From Candidatus Fermentibacteraceae bacterium (lineage in GTDB: Bacteria > Fermentibacterota > Fermentibacteria > Fermentibacterales > JCC-6): a stretch of DNA of 64,000 bases. Positions 63,407 to 64,000 of this stretch are shown one piece after another (the stretch's first letter is position 1; each line of letters begins with the position of its first letter). The stretch is taken from contig JBGSZS010000018.1 of NCBI GenBank assembly GCA_041750285.1, forward strand, positions 1 through 64,000. Reading direction: 5' to 3'. The position numbers were made by a program, and so were the translations under genes. The notes beneath the pieces were generated by a model. That model saw only the letters and a list, made by a program, of their open reading frames with translations, did no database searches and was not told the origin of the DNA.

Positions 63407-64000
63407 TCAGCCCCGGGAAGCCCGTCCCCTTTCCTTCGTGAGGGGTACGTAGCCCGTAAGGATGGTCTTGGGCTCGTCGAACCCGAAGTCGATGGAGAGC
63501 TCCCACTCCGCACCGCGGCGCCTGGCGGAGAGGACCATTCCCCTGCCGTACCTTGGATGCCTTATCACATCGCCCCTGACAAAGCCTTCGGGCTCGGTGG
63601 GGCACGGCATGGAGGGTCTGGGAGCCGGCGTTTCGGCAAGGGTCGGGGCAATCTCCGCGAGGAAGCGTGACGGACCGCAATGGTACCTGCCCCGCATCGC
63701 CCTTGTCATGCAGGTCGTCAGGAACAGGGTGGTCCGGGCACGCGTCATGCCCACGTAAAGAAGCCTTCTTTCCTCTTCGAGGTCGGAGGGCGCGCTCTCG
63801 TTCTGGCGAATGTGGGGAAGAAGCCCCTCCTCGAGGCCAGCGATGAAAACGACGTCGAATTCGAGCCCCTTGGCGCAGTGAAGGGTCATCAGGGCGAGAC
63901 CCTCTTCACTGTACGAGTCCTGCGAAGTTAGAAGGCACTGCTCCGCAAGGAATCCCGGCAGTCCGCCCCGTGGGTTCTCCACATCGTACTGGGCGACGAA
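63407..64000 (-). CDS. pcrA: UvrD/PcrA helicase, 3' end (runs off the window)
   Basis: MTLHCAKGLEF, GLEEGLLP, EEERRLLYVGMTRA, SRFL, Tudor-like tail HPRYGRG. Confidence 0.9.
   Translation of the reverse strand, partial: FVAQYDVENPRGGLPGFLAEQCLLTSQDSYSEEGLALMTLHCAKGLEFDVVFIAGLEEGLLPHIRQNESAPSDLEEERRLLYVGMTRARTTLFLTTCMTRAMRGRYHCGPSRFLAEIAPTLAETPAPRPSMPCPTEPEGFVRGDVIRHPRYGRGMVLSARRRGAEWELSIDFGFDEPKTILTGYVPLTKERGRASRG

Overview
Gene-dense, GC-rich bacterial chromosomal segment with about 60 CDS and one tRNA-Phe(GAA). I saw no CRISPR array, rRNA, integrase or transposase. Gene content suggests an anaerobic diderm. A C-terminal 'T-S-W-G-x-I-K' motif suggests an FCB-related candidate lineage such as Fermentibacterota, but that is inference only. 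Modules, left to right: (1) MscS plus a Ktr/Trk K+ uptake operon whose membrane subunit carries a voltage-sensor-like N-terminus; (2) a ~16 kb minus-strand envelope-modification cluster with three GT-C-like membrane proteins, three membrane-anchored SGNH proteins, an SxtK-SxtJ-SxtI-like carbamoyltransferase trio, two radical SAM enzymes and a GMC oxidoreductase; (3) saccharopine/lysine dehydrogenase, a putative major outer-membrane barrel, a PHP fusion and a LiaX/DUF2089/DUF4097 operon; (4) AlbA_2, a DUF6150-like repeat protein and an SbcCD-like pair; (5) a Pat-type acetyltransferase, a Moco operon led by a MobB-like/ModE fusion, PreP and YgiQ; (6) a selenocysteine-containing SelD with a SECIS-like hairpin and an unannotated Cys-rich N-terminal domain; (7) an uncharacterised operon of a DUF6754-type protein, three membrane proteins and a GlmL/MutL-type ATPase fusion, with a second DUF6754 paralog nearby; (8) serA-like, split transketolase and the 3' end of pcrA/uvrD. 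The best candidates for undescribed systems are the GlmL-DUF6754 membrane complex and a proposed MBOAT-free carbamoyl relay using a DltX-like FIYxxF peptide. All family calls come from motif recognition by eye; no searches were run. Several start codons were adjusted from the ORF track using RBS and stop/start overlap evidence.
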